DNA of 64,000 nucleotides from the NCBI GenBank assembly GCA_030704615.1, contig CM060733.1:19344001-19408000 (forward strand), given 5' to 3'. A program made the translations under genes and the position numbers. The stretch comes from Takakia lepidozioides (taxonomy: Eukaryota; Plantae; Bryophyta). The notes below the pieces were generated by a model that saw nothing but the letters and a program-made list of their open reading frames with translations, was not told the DNA's origin and searched no databases. Positions 51,925 to 64,000 of the stretch are shown here, piece after piece (the first letter of the stretch is position 1; each line of letters opens with the position of its first letter).

Positions 51925-54015
51925 TCACACTCTAAAAATTCCATAGATTTTTAGCAGAGTCCCAAAAACAGAAACCAGGTCTAGATAGGTAGATTTCCCC
52001 TTTCTGCAGCTATCCCCTCAAAAACTGAGTCAAACGGAGTTCATTTGACAAAGATATGACCAACCAGGCTCTGAATCCTTTAAATTAGATCAAAAGGTTT
52101 TTTTTTTTTTTAACACCAAAATGTTCTCACCATTAAAAACTGTTCCCACGTCTGTTGGGATTCACTGCAGGTTCCCTGTTCCCTGGTTCCCTAAGAATTC
52201 CTTAGATTCTTAACTCAATCTCTCAATAGTGGAATTACCATGATAAAGGTAATGTCCTCATTGGTATGCCAGATTTTCAAAACGAGAACACCTTGTTGAA
52301 GCTGCTGCTATCAATGCCATCTTATCGTTGTTGTATGAGAGCCCATGTCTACTGCCCTGTCAGAGTGACCACAACCAGGATGGCTTTCCGCAACCATTCA
52401 TGTACTGGGCAAATACATATCAACCACAGCAATAAGACCATCACGTTCAATTTGTGATTTCCAAGGTGGTGCTAATAGCTTCATCGACCATTGGCATATA
52501 CCCCAAGAGCAGCCTGAAGATCGCCATAGCAGAGAGGGTTACAGTATACGCTGGTGCTGTAAACGCTCAAGCTCTCCAGGACCTCAAACACCACTCTAAA
52601 CTGGCTTAGGGTGGTTATTACATCCCCATGACCAGGAACATGCACAGAACCAAGGCGATGGGGTGAAGCTGCCCCATCTTGAGAACTGATAGCGGGCTCC
52701 CAACTGAACGCAAAATCAAAAGGGAGAAGCTCGGCCTGGTGTACCACTTCAAGGACCAAGTGATATAATTGGACCTGCACCTGCTGGTGGCCGAAATGCC
52801 AAATGTACTACAATGTTTTTTTTCCTTTTTGTCTCACAATTTCTAACTGCAACTCCGGATCAAAGCACCGCTGGTCATGTATGTAGAGCCTCACCTGGTC
52901 TTCCTTCGCTAGGCTGCAATGTTAATATATGAGATCACCCCGTCTCACGAACATTAATGCCGCCACTGTCGCCTAGACCTGATGCAAGACCTGATCGCAA
53001 AGCAGGCTACGCGGCTGGTCCTTCCCTGTGTACATCTATCTCAAGTCACACACGCCGCATCTCATGCTTCTACTGCTGATCAGCTTTTCCTTGCTGGACA
53101 GCAGCTTACGCACTTGCTAGAAAATCTAGCCTGACCCTGTCCATCCATTTGCTAAGATAAGAAAGCTTGCTTCCTCGCAATGTACAGGTAGACAACCTCA
53201 CATCAACCAGCCCACAACTACTCCTTCATAGTGGCTGGTTATAGTCCAATTTGACAGTGTACTTGAAAACGGGCTGTGTTTCTTGTCTTTCCACACCCAC
53301 TCCCCGGAATCAAATTGGCGAAGGTAACTGGTGCCTGAAGGAACCAATGCAGGAATGGGTTGGTGTGTAGGCCGTTCACGAGAGAAGGGTTCACCTGGCC
53401 TATTACTAAGCAGAAAACCCTGATAGCATAGTATGGATTTTCCGGAATGTCAGCAACGATTGGCCCGAAACGGGAACCTGAGGGCCTGACCTTGAACTTC
53501 CAACCCTGCAGCAAATGGCCATTGCAAGAGACAGCAAACAATGCAGACTTGCTGCCTTGCAAATCGGAACTAACCCAAGGAAGCCAGTCCCACTCATGCT
53601 GGCGGAATATCGCTGGTCACCAAATCCCAGCCAGCGCTTTACCCTCGGTGGAACAATCCACTCACACAGAATAGGCAGAGCAGAGCAGAGGAGAGGCTAG
53701 AGCAGAGGCTGATAGGTGGCAGACCTCTTAGCTCTCCAGCAGCCCGCCGTAAGTTGAACCTTCCACCCTGAGCCTAGCATGCTTGAAGAAGGGCGGGAAT
53801 CTTCCAGCTCACTCCTTCTTCCTAGCCTCTACCAGCACCAGCGCAGGTATAAAACGGCTGTTAAGTAATGCTCAGCAGCCACCTGCAGTTGAGATAACAT
53901 CAACTGCACCTTCTCCAATTGGGTTTATCAGCAACCTCATTTCCATTCGGCTGTGGCTCGACCTACTGTCAACTGCGAAAGACCACCGGATGCGCTGCAA
54001 CACTACATCCCAAGC

Positions 54016-54120
54016 TTAGTCGAAAAGACTGAAACCCATGTCATCATCAGACTCCTCCTTCGCTTCCTCCTTTTCTCCGGCAGATGCAGCAGCAGCACCT
54101 CCACCAGAGGAAGCCACCAC
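54016..54120 (-). pseudogene. Captured C-terminus of a 60S acidic ribosomal P protein (P1/P2/P3)
   Basis: SSGGGAAAASAGEKEEAKEESDDDMGFSLFD*. Confidence 0.88.
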
Positions 54121-54437
54121 AACCAGGGATGACGCCACCCCAAACTGTTTGCACTTCGTGGTCCAGCCACTCCCGACTGTTTTGGGTCCGAATCCAAAAG
54201 TTTACACGAGTCTCGTCTCCCTCCGTCCTAGTGAAAAAGAGTAGGGAAGCCAACTATCACAGTCTTCAACCTCCACACCTCTTGGTTTTCAAACTCACGA
54301 GCATAGACGACAACTAAATCTGCGCGCACAACCCATAGAAACAACAGGGCCAGATGGACTCCCGCCCCAAGACATATATTATAATAATGCTAAAACAAAC
54401 ATTGTATCTAGCTTAGCACCAGCTCACTAGATAACGG

Positions 54438-54810
54438 TCATCTCTCTCGAGTGATAAACAAACTTGTAAAGGACACACACACTCTCAACACAAGAAATAT
54501 GCAATCCCTCAAGATCACTCTTTAAAATAGAAGTCGAGCCAGGGGCACCCCAAGCTATGGGGACTCCACCCCACAACAACCTACACTCCCATCATAAGCA
54601 CACTCAGTCCTCAACAATGCAGGAGCTCGGTCGCGCAGGCTCAACTCGAGAGAGATGAGCCGCGCGACTGCCGCTCTCGTGAAGATAAGACAGACCAGGT
54701 GTCAAACTAAACTTGACACCTGATTTAACACTTGACCTAAATCCAAGTGTTAAATACAAATAACTAGTTTTATTCTAGCTGTTTTCACACTGTGCTTATT
54801 TAACTTGACA
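54438..54810 (-). repeat. 5' repeat B plus self-complementary PBS of copy 2
   Basis: 54438-54452 is the reverse complement of 54644-54658 (15 nt). Confidence 0.88.
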
Positions 54811-55029
54811 ACCCTTCTCTTAGTTTTTATTTGGTGGTCTGACTTTTTATCCTCTCTCATGTTTTCTTCAGATCCATTTTCTTCCATGAGATCCAGGCGC
54901 TTCCCAAAAGTCATTATATAACGCCATTTTCTTTCCAAATCTCATAGTGTGTACTTTCCTCTTTTTTTTCTGGCAATTTAGGATTTTGGATTGACAAACC
55001 TTTTTTTTATAGTACCTTGTTTTTTTATG

Positions 55030-55820
55030 TTAGCATTACCCCTAACCCTTACCTTTTTCTGCAAATGGCCCATGAACTATTCATACCATAACCATAGCCA
55101 TAACCATAACCATTATGGTTATTGAAATGTCTTCTCCCTTCACATTTGCGCTAGCTTTTTCCTTTGATTTGGATTGACATGCATTTAGGCATGTTACAGT
55201 TTGTTTTCTATGTTACATCTTAATACCAGGTTCCAACGACGAGTCTTTCATTTAAATACTTGTCCATAATATTTTGAAATTGATACAAACCATTTCTGCC
55301 TTCAACCCAAGCCCTAAACCGAAACCCTAAGCAAAACCCTACGCCATTGTTACGTTTAAACCCTTACCCTTTCCCTACAAATGGGAATGAAGTATCCATA
55401 CCATAACCATAACTATTATGGTTATTCAAATCTCTTTGCCCTTCACCTTGCGTAAGGTTTTGCCTTTGGTTTGGATTGACATGCACTTACCTTTTTTTAT
55501 CGAACTTTGCTTTCTATGTATCTTAATACCAGGTTCCAAGGACGAGTCTTTCATTTAAATACTTGTCCGATGCAATGATTATACTTCCATAATATTAGGT
55601 TCTTCATTTTTATTTTGCTTACTACCTTACTAACAACATTAAATTATAGCGAGTGCGAGTCTTCCGACATGTACGCTTTCTGCCTTCAACCCAAACCCTA
55701 AACCCTCGTCGGGAACCCTAAACAAAACCCTACGCCATTGTTACGTCTAAACCCTTACCCTTCCCCTGCAAATGGGAATGAAGTATCCATACCATAACCA
55801 TATGTATCTTAATACCAGGA
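55030..55820. repeat. About three diverged 310-390-bp tandem units containing AAACCCT and CCATAA motifs
   Basis: cccttacc...caaatgg...cataccataacca recurs at about 55047, 55361 and 55752. Confidence 0.75.
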
Positions 55821-58084
55821 ATGATAGAATGATTACAGGGATATCAAATTCCTCAACCATTTCTTAGTTTTACCGAGTGTGAGTCCATCATATTTGTTTG
55901 TCCTTTTGTACCCTAAATCCAAACCCTAAACCCTTACCTTTACTGTAAACCCAAACCTTATTACACTTATCTCTAGTTACACCCCAAATCTTATTGTACT
56001 ACCCTAGTACCTCTTCCGAATGTTTCATGCTATTCTAATATTTTACTACCCTTGTCACATCCAAAACATGATTCATTCCAATGGCGTGGTATGTGAACAT
56101 TGTGCTTGATATGAAGATTCAATCAATAAAATTACTAGCAAGTTGTATTGAGTATGGTAGAGTAGGAGTCTGGCCCATGTTCGATGCGACCCATTTGTTT
56201 ATCGTGATCCTGCAACTCTTATACGACACATTTCGAAACAAGTATGACATCACCTGAAATTTCACAAAGTTCAATCACACATTACACCATGATATTATTA
56301 ATATTTCAATTAATTTTAATGCAAATATATATTAAGTTTAGTCCGGATTTAAGCCAAAAGTCCAGAATTAATTAAAATAATGTTATATCACCCGCAGTAT
56401 CTGAAGTGCTGCTCCAATCTCTGGCAATCCCAGCTGTATACATTGTCTGGTCATTTGATGGGTCTGCCTATTTGTAGATGAAATCAGGATCATCGCTCAG
56501 GTACTTCCCCGGAATGAGGATATAGTAAATATACCTGAACCATACATTCAGAAAACACAGATGCAGCAGGTGCTTGTTAACTCATATTAAATCCCATTGT
56601 AATCAATGTCGCATTGACGCAAGGTTGATCCACGAACTAATTCCCAAAAGACTAGAAGACACGAAACACTAAGCAAGACGAAGATTTATCACCCGAAAGA
56701 TACGATTGAAATCCATAGCATTGATTGCATGTCCAACACAACAAGAACAACATGACCAACAACCATACAAAATGCAAAAAACAGTCTTAAAAAAGGGATG
56801 CTTTCATTTCTCAAATCCAGGTTGCGTCAACGCAAGGTTGATTTGCATCCCCCCCCCCCCCCCAGAAAAAAAAAAAAAAAAAAAAAAAAGAAAATGTTGA
56901 AGTCGTATATCTGTCGGTGTATGTCACGTCATCAATCGTGTTGTGTGTGCATCTGCCATTTGTTGCACTCATTCCCCCATCTCATTCGTTCATTTGCGAA
57001 CACAAAAGTGACATTCAGATAATCAAATCCCACGGTTATAGGCCCCACGTTTATAGGCCCCCCATCATTTTGGTGATGTGGCGAGACCTTGGGTATGCTC
57101 ACGCCACGTCAGCACGAGCTCCACGTCACCGGCTGTGAGTGTACGCTCACGCCACATCACCATTGTGTGAGCGTATGCTCACACGCCGCGACGCTGACGC
57201 CGTAGCATCGTTGCAATCTAGGGAGTCAATCAGGGTGAGACAGCTTGTTGTGATAAGATCTTGGGCCTTGGATTATAAAATGGATCGGCTGGAAATCTAA
57301 GGGACCACTGTACTTTGGGGTGATCATTGTGGTGTACAACTTGTGACGCATGTGGCGGCGCATGTTAGATGAATAGAGTTGCCTTTCGTTAGCATCTGGC
57401 TCCTATGTTTAAGATCCCTTCTTCCTCGCAGGCTAGCTCTGCCGAGCTAACATCCCTCACTAAGTACTTACCCGCAGAGGAGGTGGAATAATCCAGGTGT
57501 GCGAGAATCTGGTTTTACAAAGTTTATGTAGAAATATGCTTTAAATATGATTTAAATAAAAACACAATAAACGATGAACACCGGAGCAAATATACATTAA
57601 ATAAAAAACAACCAAGATTTTTCATGAAACCATGACATTAAATCAAAATCCAAACTATTTGAAATCTACACCAATTGCAAATAAAAATGAAAATATATCA
57701 TATAAACATAATCCAAATCCAAATCTGCTCGTTGTATCAAAATGAGCCACAATCATTACACCGGTCAAATGAATCTTGAAATGAAATAAATGTTCATCTT
57801 TTCATAAAACTTCAATTCACCCTATCTATCTTGGACATTGTTCTCAGAAGTCGTTGCTAGTAGTGCGGAGCAACGCGAAGCCCTAGCATATAAGACAAAT
57901 TAACTTCGACGAAATCGCAAAAAGAGGTAGGTAGCTTGTCGGTAAGAACATAATAGGTTGACATCCATAGATACAGGGTCAACTTCCGCTTAGTGCTCAA
58001 ACGTTTCTAGTAAGTCTTCTGAGAAGATTCCGATAGTCATACTTCACTCGATGCCCATCTTTCATACATAACTTAGTTATACAG

Positions 58085-58520
58085 GATTGATCGGCAATGG
58101 CCTCTAGAATAATTGATCTGGATTTGTCCTTGTCTTCAAACTGCCCTTGCCATGCTATAGGGCAATTTTTCCATCTACGGTGCATACAATCAATTGATGC
58201 GAACATCCCAGACAAGCCTCTCTTTTTGTTGATTTCGAGCTGGTTCAAGAGGTCAGCTCTGGTTGGTTGGCTGCCTCAAGTACGTAGACTCAAAAATTGC
58301 CTTAATGGCTGCCCTAAATCGTTTCATGGCCTCCATCACGGTGCTCTCACCTAACCTGCAATATTCATCCACAACATGAGCACTCACTCCATATGCGAGC
58401 ACCTTCAATGCAGCGGTGCACTTCTGAATTGAAGACAATCCAAGAAGCCGAGCCGCATCTCTCTTTGAACAAAATATGTATCATGTGTACATATTTTATC
58501 CATAATTTTTAGGAACAACC
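58085..58520 (-). pseudogene. PIF/Harbinger transposase fragment
   Basis: SSIQKCTAALKVLAYG...DEYCRLGEST; GMFASIDCMH..WKNCP.AWQGQF...IILEAIAD. Confidence 0.9.
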
Positions 58521-61500
58521 TCTTGTATAGAAATACATGAGAAATATATGGTCATGCATGTGTGTGATTGATGCCCATCTTCAGACATGGTCATACATGC
58601 ATGTATAGGAAGTACAAGAGAAAAAAAAAAAATATATAGACGCCTCCCCAAGAGAGTGTAAATTATGGTGTCTCTTCACCACAAGGGCTACTGCCTTCCA
58701 GCTTAAAGGTGAACACCTTCATGCCACACCAGACTGTGGTTTGAACCCACAACCACATTGAACGTTGGGCTACATGCTGGTTGTTGTACATGAGAAATGT
58801 ATGGTCGCGCATGTTCCACCTTGCGCCAACCTACACACCAGCTATCCATGCACATCGACGGTGGATAACCGCATCAAGCTAACGTTGATGGAAACCGACT
58901 ATAAACCCTATGACCCCGGTCATAGTCGGTTTCCATCGACGTGCATGAAGTACATAGGATAAACCCTAAACCGCCGGTTCTTAACAGTATCCGGTCCAAG
59001 AAAATCAGTTTTAGACAACTATATTTCATCTTTGCTAGGCGGCTATCCCCCAAATTACGGTTGTCATTGCCATGTTTTTTTTTTCTTTTCTTTTTTGTGA
59101 GGAAAGGCAACTATGTTTGTAACACTGTATATACAGTCTATATCCAGAAAGGTAGAATTGACAGCCTGATAGTGCGAGCTTGCAGGATTGCGCTGTGAAA
59201 GAGCACGCATGGACGTCATTCTCAGGTGCACAATGTACAGTGATCACCATGGCGTGATGAGGGCTGTGAAAGCAAGGCGTTTCTTTGTTGTTGACTGTCA
59301 CAAAGCGGCAACCCAGTTTGTAGGATAGATGCTTCATAGATTTTGCTTCTCTCCCTATGTTCCTGTACAAGACGAAGAAGAGATAATAGACATACATGCA
59401 AACATATGACCCCATCACCATCAAAGGCAGCCAGACCTGTATGTATAAGATTTGTCTCAAATACTTTGGAACGTTCGAATTTCTTCACCTAGTAAATGAT
59501 GAGTCGTATGAAGATTAGTACCTAAGAGCACACATGCCTCCAGCCCAAATATTCTCAAGAGTCAACTATGACCCAAACTACTCGAGGAGCTTAGAATGCT
59601 TCGCCCACTGTCAATTTTGATAGAACTTTAAGTAATTATGGCTCAACTTTCCTTTGTAATTTGATATCTAGACTGCACATCTAGTCCCTACATCGACTGG
59701 TAGACTGTGCATTAGGGAAGTAGGGAGCTATAGAGAAAGTATCGAATACCTCACATTCTGAGCCATTAGTTTCACACTTGATTTTCAACATCTGTAGAAT
59801 ATAATTTAGTATGTATTAAGCTCATTCCCTTCTGCAACAGAGATTAATATTTGTGTTGTTGATTAGTAATCAAATTTTACTGTGCTGAAGATATGTCACT
59901 TGAGCTGATCGTAAAGCTCCTCAGGAGAACTAACGGGGTGAAAGCAGCAAGCGATCATCAAATTCGATCTTTGCAGATAATATCGATCAGCGACGACGTC
60001 TGTTTATTTTGCGGGCAGTAATTCCGAAGCAATTCTGGCTCGTTCTTGCTATTAATCGAAATCAATCCAACCTGCGTGTTCTTGAGAAAATAAGCCCTTT
60101 GCCTCCTCATGTTCCTGTAGGAGAAAAAAGTTGGTGATCACAGGCCACATTGAAACATATCAGTTGTTCAGCCCTCTTTCTGAGTCTTTATTGCAAATTT
60201 TCAACACATCCATGACGAGGGTTCTTCTGAAGATTGAGACTGTGAGCATCTATTGATAGACAGACCTGTCGAGGATAACCCAAGTTGCTCGAAGAGCCAA
60301 TGCTTCCCGCACTGCCACATATTCTGAGAGCTTCCCTGCCTTAACTGTCACCTGTAATTTGATCTGGAAAAACATCACCCTTTAATGGTTAGAAGATTAA
60401 CAGGACCATTCATGCAATGGAGATTGAAAGACGCGTCTCAAGCTAGCCTGGTCAACTACCTGCATCTGGACATATATGTTACAATAGCCTAAGTTGTCCA
60501 CCTTTATTCCTTTCCTTCCGCCCACAAGTAGAATTTCTAGTGAGTAAAAAAGCTGCAAGGAGGACTGGCCTTTGTAAGGTTGTGTGAGAGGGGCTTGTTG
60601 AAAAACTTACTAGGTATCTCATAGAAAGAAGCCTGGACGAAAAGCGTTGAATGTTCAGAAAACATGAAAACTTGACTAAGAATTTTATAACATCCAGTGG
60701 CCTGGAGAGAGCGACATTACCCCTCTGTTGTAGCACACTGCGCAACAAAAAAGTGATAGGAAGCTCACAAATTCCTCCCGCTTCCTAGCCAGCAGTTTAC
60801 TAAGGATAAAGGGGTTGACCCCTACGAACGATTCCTCATCTGCTGGTATTATGTAGCCCACTGCAGTTTCCACATATGATTAGTAATCTTGAAAAGCATT
60901 AAATCCGAGGTGTACTTCATGCACGCAGGATAACACTTGGGTCCGTTGCGACAAGTGATCAACCGCACTATAGCGCATCCTGTCATTAGTCATTACACAG
61001 GATGATGGAAGCAATCACTACCTAGAGCTAAGCATAAATTTAATAACAGAATTTGATCCTCTAGAATTTGCAACCGGCCATATAAACTGGTCAATCGAAC
61101 ATGAAGCAAAGAATGGGAGGATACATTGCACGTACAATAGCAAACCTCGCAATTATATAGCAGTATGATGTCCAAGGTAACGTAATGACATTAATGTCAC
61201 AGTTCCACTCATCAGGTGAAGATATTTACTTTCTTAAATAGCTAGCTCAATCATATGTTGGATTCGTCGTCGAGCACCATAACCTGTTGCATTCCTTCAG
61301 ACCTTTGCGACACCCATTTTTGCATGCATAAAGAAGGTCCAGAGTGGGTCAGTTCGACCTACTTTCAGTTGTGATTTCATTAATGACCCCGAGAAGGGTT
61401 ACCACGTCGCCAAGACATGCCAAATGAATCAGCGCGTGCTGCAGACCGGTTGATGTGAGTTCCTTGGTTCCATCCACGACTACCACGATCCGCCTCTGCT

Positions 61501-61980
61501 CCCGTATTTCCAGTCATGAATCTACATGAGAATCTAACGTCTGACTCGAGATCGAGCATTGAGGGAAACTTCTTACATCTTAAAGACTGTCGTCCAGGAG
61601 GAAGAAATGAAATGAATTCTGAATGGTACTATAACGTCCGCAGAAAGCTAAACGAGCTTATGGGACAAGAGAAAGAAGGAAGTATGTTCACAAGAGAAAG
61701 CCTGGGTTATGAATCCACAATCTGCCGGCCGACAAGCACCTACCGCTATTGATAGAGGGATTGTCTAAGAGTCAGAGAAAGAACAGTGAAAGAAGAAATT
61801 ATGTTCTTCATTTCCGACTTCCCTTGTTATTCCCAAAGCAAACGGGGCATAGGCGGCCTTCAGGTTGTCCCTCCTATCGGTCTCTATCCGCAAAAAGAAA
61901 GAGATCCATCACATCTTCATGTATTAAAGGTCGAAGCAAAACAAGAAGCCAAACGTGATCTTAATAGAAAACCATCATCG

Positions 61981-64000
61981 TTAAGTAATCACCTGGAATG
62001 ACATCTCTCTTCCTTGGAATTCAGAGTCAGGAGAATCATTACATTCCACAATCTCAGGTGCCCGTCCATAGACTGGTTCTCGGGTTCCGAGACTGGTTGT
62101 TTTCCCCAATGCCTGAAGGCGTCTAAGGCCATCCAAACCACCCCAAGCATTAAGCTCTGCTGCAATGGCAACATTGTTTGCAAGGGCAGAGATGACCTTC
62201 ATCGCTGTGTTCATCTTGTCATTATCCTCGAATATACCACCCTGTATGAACTCCATAACTGTATCAACCACAATGGCATCTGACAGTGTTTTGGTCACTT
62301 CTTCTCTGATGCGTAGCAGTGCCTTCAATTCACCAGCGGTTGTCTTCTTTGTCAATTTGCGACAGGTAACCAAATCAAGGACCTTCAAATTGGACAACCT
62401 ACTAAGATCAGGTAGGTGTGTCAATTCTGAGCAATATTGACACACGAGCTCAAGCAGCTGTATAAGGTTGCCAACACCTTGTAGCTCATCAAGAGCAACG
62501 TGTCTCAGGTGGAGTTTTTGTAGTGCGGTCAAACCACCCACTCCTGTGAGCTTCCTTAGGCATTGACAATCCAGAAAAAACAGTTCTTGCAAGTTTGACA
62601 AGGACCTGCAGAGACCTGACACTTTCTTGACCTTGGGACACCCCTCAACCTGAATCTTCCGAAGGGAAGTCAACTGCTTCAATGTGGGAATTTCTGTGAG
62701 ATGAGGGTGCTCACTAATTATCAGCTCGCGAAGCTTCGTGCACTTGTCAAGCTTTGGTGGCTGGGAAAGTTCAGAATTTTGGAGTTCCAAATATTCCAGC
62801 GCTATCAACCACTGCATGTCTGGCCATGCCTTCAAGTTCTCGCATCTTCTCAACCGTAGCCAGGCAAGTTTCTCCAGACTCTTGAGACCATGAATTCTTT
62901 CGAGCTGTTTGCAACAACTGATGTCCATGCTGCGTAAGCAGTGCATTCCTTTCAAATCCAGCGCCGTCAATGCAGAAAGATTTTCGAGCCTCAGCACTAC
63001 AAGATTGGAACACTTGTGCAGGTTTGCTTTTGACAAGCTCTGAAATGTCCCATCAATCAGAGCGATCCTTTCAACTTGCCAGCAATTTCCTACTGGGGAT
63101 TTTTGAAGCTCTCGAGGTACTTGGTCTGAGACACATTGGTGAAACAAACAGCGCCTTGATTGGAAATCTCCTTTGTTCGCTTCCGTTTGCGCAAGTTCAC
63201 GGTACAAGTCATGCACCCCTATTTTGTTAGAGGCGTGATCAGCCTGAACCTCCAAGAGAAAGCCAGCCCCATCATCCAGAAGTGTCTTCTTCATCAAGCC
63301 GTTCAACTGCGGCCCTCAAATACCAGGTTATAAAATGTTAAATAAAATCTAAGTAACTTATCATAGTGATGTGCTCAAGATTTTGGAATGAATTCACAAA
63401 ACCAGAGTAGAAGAAGTAGGCAGGCTACTAGTATTAGCTAATATGTGAACCTCAATCGAAGCTACTGCAGTGGCGGTGTGCTTGTGACCACCTCGAGAAT
63501 GAAGGCATGACTTGATTAAAACATGATCTAAGAACCCAGGTGACATTTTGCATGGAAGAACTTACATACTCCTTGATTTCCTCGAGAGGGGCTTCGTGTA
63601 CAAGGCTCAACCATTTGCATACATCCCCTTTTGTTTCAACGCCCAAAGGCTTATACAGAGCCACATCAAAAAAGATGAGCCGGTCCATATCTGTGGGCAG
63701 GGCATCGTACGCTGTTCGAATAATGGAGAAAGTTGGGTGATCCTTATATGGGGAGAGCTTGACATGAAAATTAGCGAGGCTTTCATTCCAGCTCGGCGAT
63801 CCAGGACTTGCGCTGCCTAGCTCAGCTCCAAGTTCTTTGAGAACCGATGGATGATATTGGGATCTCGGCCCCCTTCCAAAAGAACCGTAACCCACAGCCT
63901 TTTGTATACAGAGCTGCTCCTGAGGTGTGTAGAACGAGAGAGAACGGCCTTGGAGCAGTAAACCGATGGCATCCATCTCCTTAAGTTCGGGAACGGTTAT
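61981..64000 (-). CDS. NLR-type (NB-ARC-LRR) immune receptor, 3' part; intron 63565-63307
   Basis: AYDALP...LIFFDVALY (RNBS-D/winged helix), IGVHDLYRELA (MHD), about 10 LRRs; phase-0 GT-AG intron joining EIKEY|LNGLMKK. Confidence 0.85.

Larger units (their letters stand above)
42470..54810 (-). mobile_element. DNMT-encoding Ty3/Gypsy retrotransposon, copy 2, complete (B-internal-PPT-A-gc-B-t-A), 4-bp TSD ACCC
   Basis: ACCC at 42466-42469 and 54811-54814. B copies 54452-54810 and 42556-42914 (359 bp) and A copies 42917-43001 and 42470-42554 (85 bp) look identical by eye. Confidence 0.95.
20598..56384 (-). mobile_element. Giant Sola1-like DNA transposon (about 18.4 kb after removing two nested insertions)
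   Basis: Imperfect TIRs AACACTATTTTAACTAATTAGATGGACTTTTG and (reverse complement) AACATTATTTTAATTAATTCTGGACTTTTG. ATAT duplicated at 20594-20597 and 56385-56388. Internal DDD-type transposase. Confidence 0.8.

Noticed and set aside
42470-54810. DIRS/PAT/Ngaro tyrosine-recombinase element
   Set aside because: It has the split-repeat layout but encodes a protease and an HHCC-DDE integrase, shows no YR motifs and has a 4-bp TSD.
55290-55960. Telomeric array
   Set aside because: Only scattered AAACCCT motifs within larger tandem units.

Overview
Eukaryotic, land-plant DNA (PPR-DYW remnants and an NB-ARC-LRR gene suggest a bryophyte or other non-seed plant; the species cannot be identified). The window is almost entirely nested mobile DNA. 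The main feature is a Ty3/Gypsy-type retrotransposon family present twice (copy 1: 5475-16625 +; copy 2: 42470-54810 -). Its polyprotein is Gag(2 zinc knuckles)-protease-C5 cytosine DNA methyltransferase-[UAG CAA CCA readthrough signal]-RT-RNaseH-DDE integrase-PHD finger. It lacks conventional LTRs. It has split direct repeats (B...A-gc-B-A) whose integrated ends, marked by 4-bp TSDs, correspond to a palindrome (GACA-GC-TGTC) inside the would-be LTR, and it has a self-complementary PBS. Copy 1 is split and associated with a 2.8-kb inversion whose crossed TSDs fit a second integration event from the internal junction. Copy 2 sits inside a giant Sola1-like DNA transposon (20598-56384, ATAT TSD, about 18.4 kb net). 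That transposon carries a transposase, two FCP1-like HAD phosphatase genes, a Pol II CTD-like repeat protein, a gene with a ParB-like motif and about 13 dispersed 24-bp palindromes. It is also interrupted by a 5-kb Pack-type TIR element (8-bp TSD) carrying PPR-DYW and LINE fragments. Older Gypsy, CACTA-like and Harbinger debris and the 3' end of an NLR gene complete the window. All calls are from manual reading; no database searches were run.
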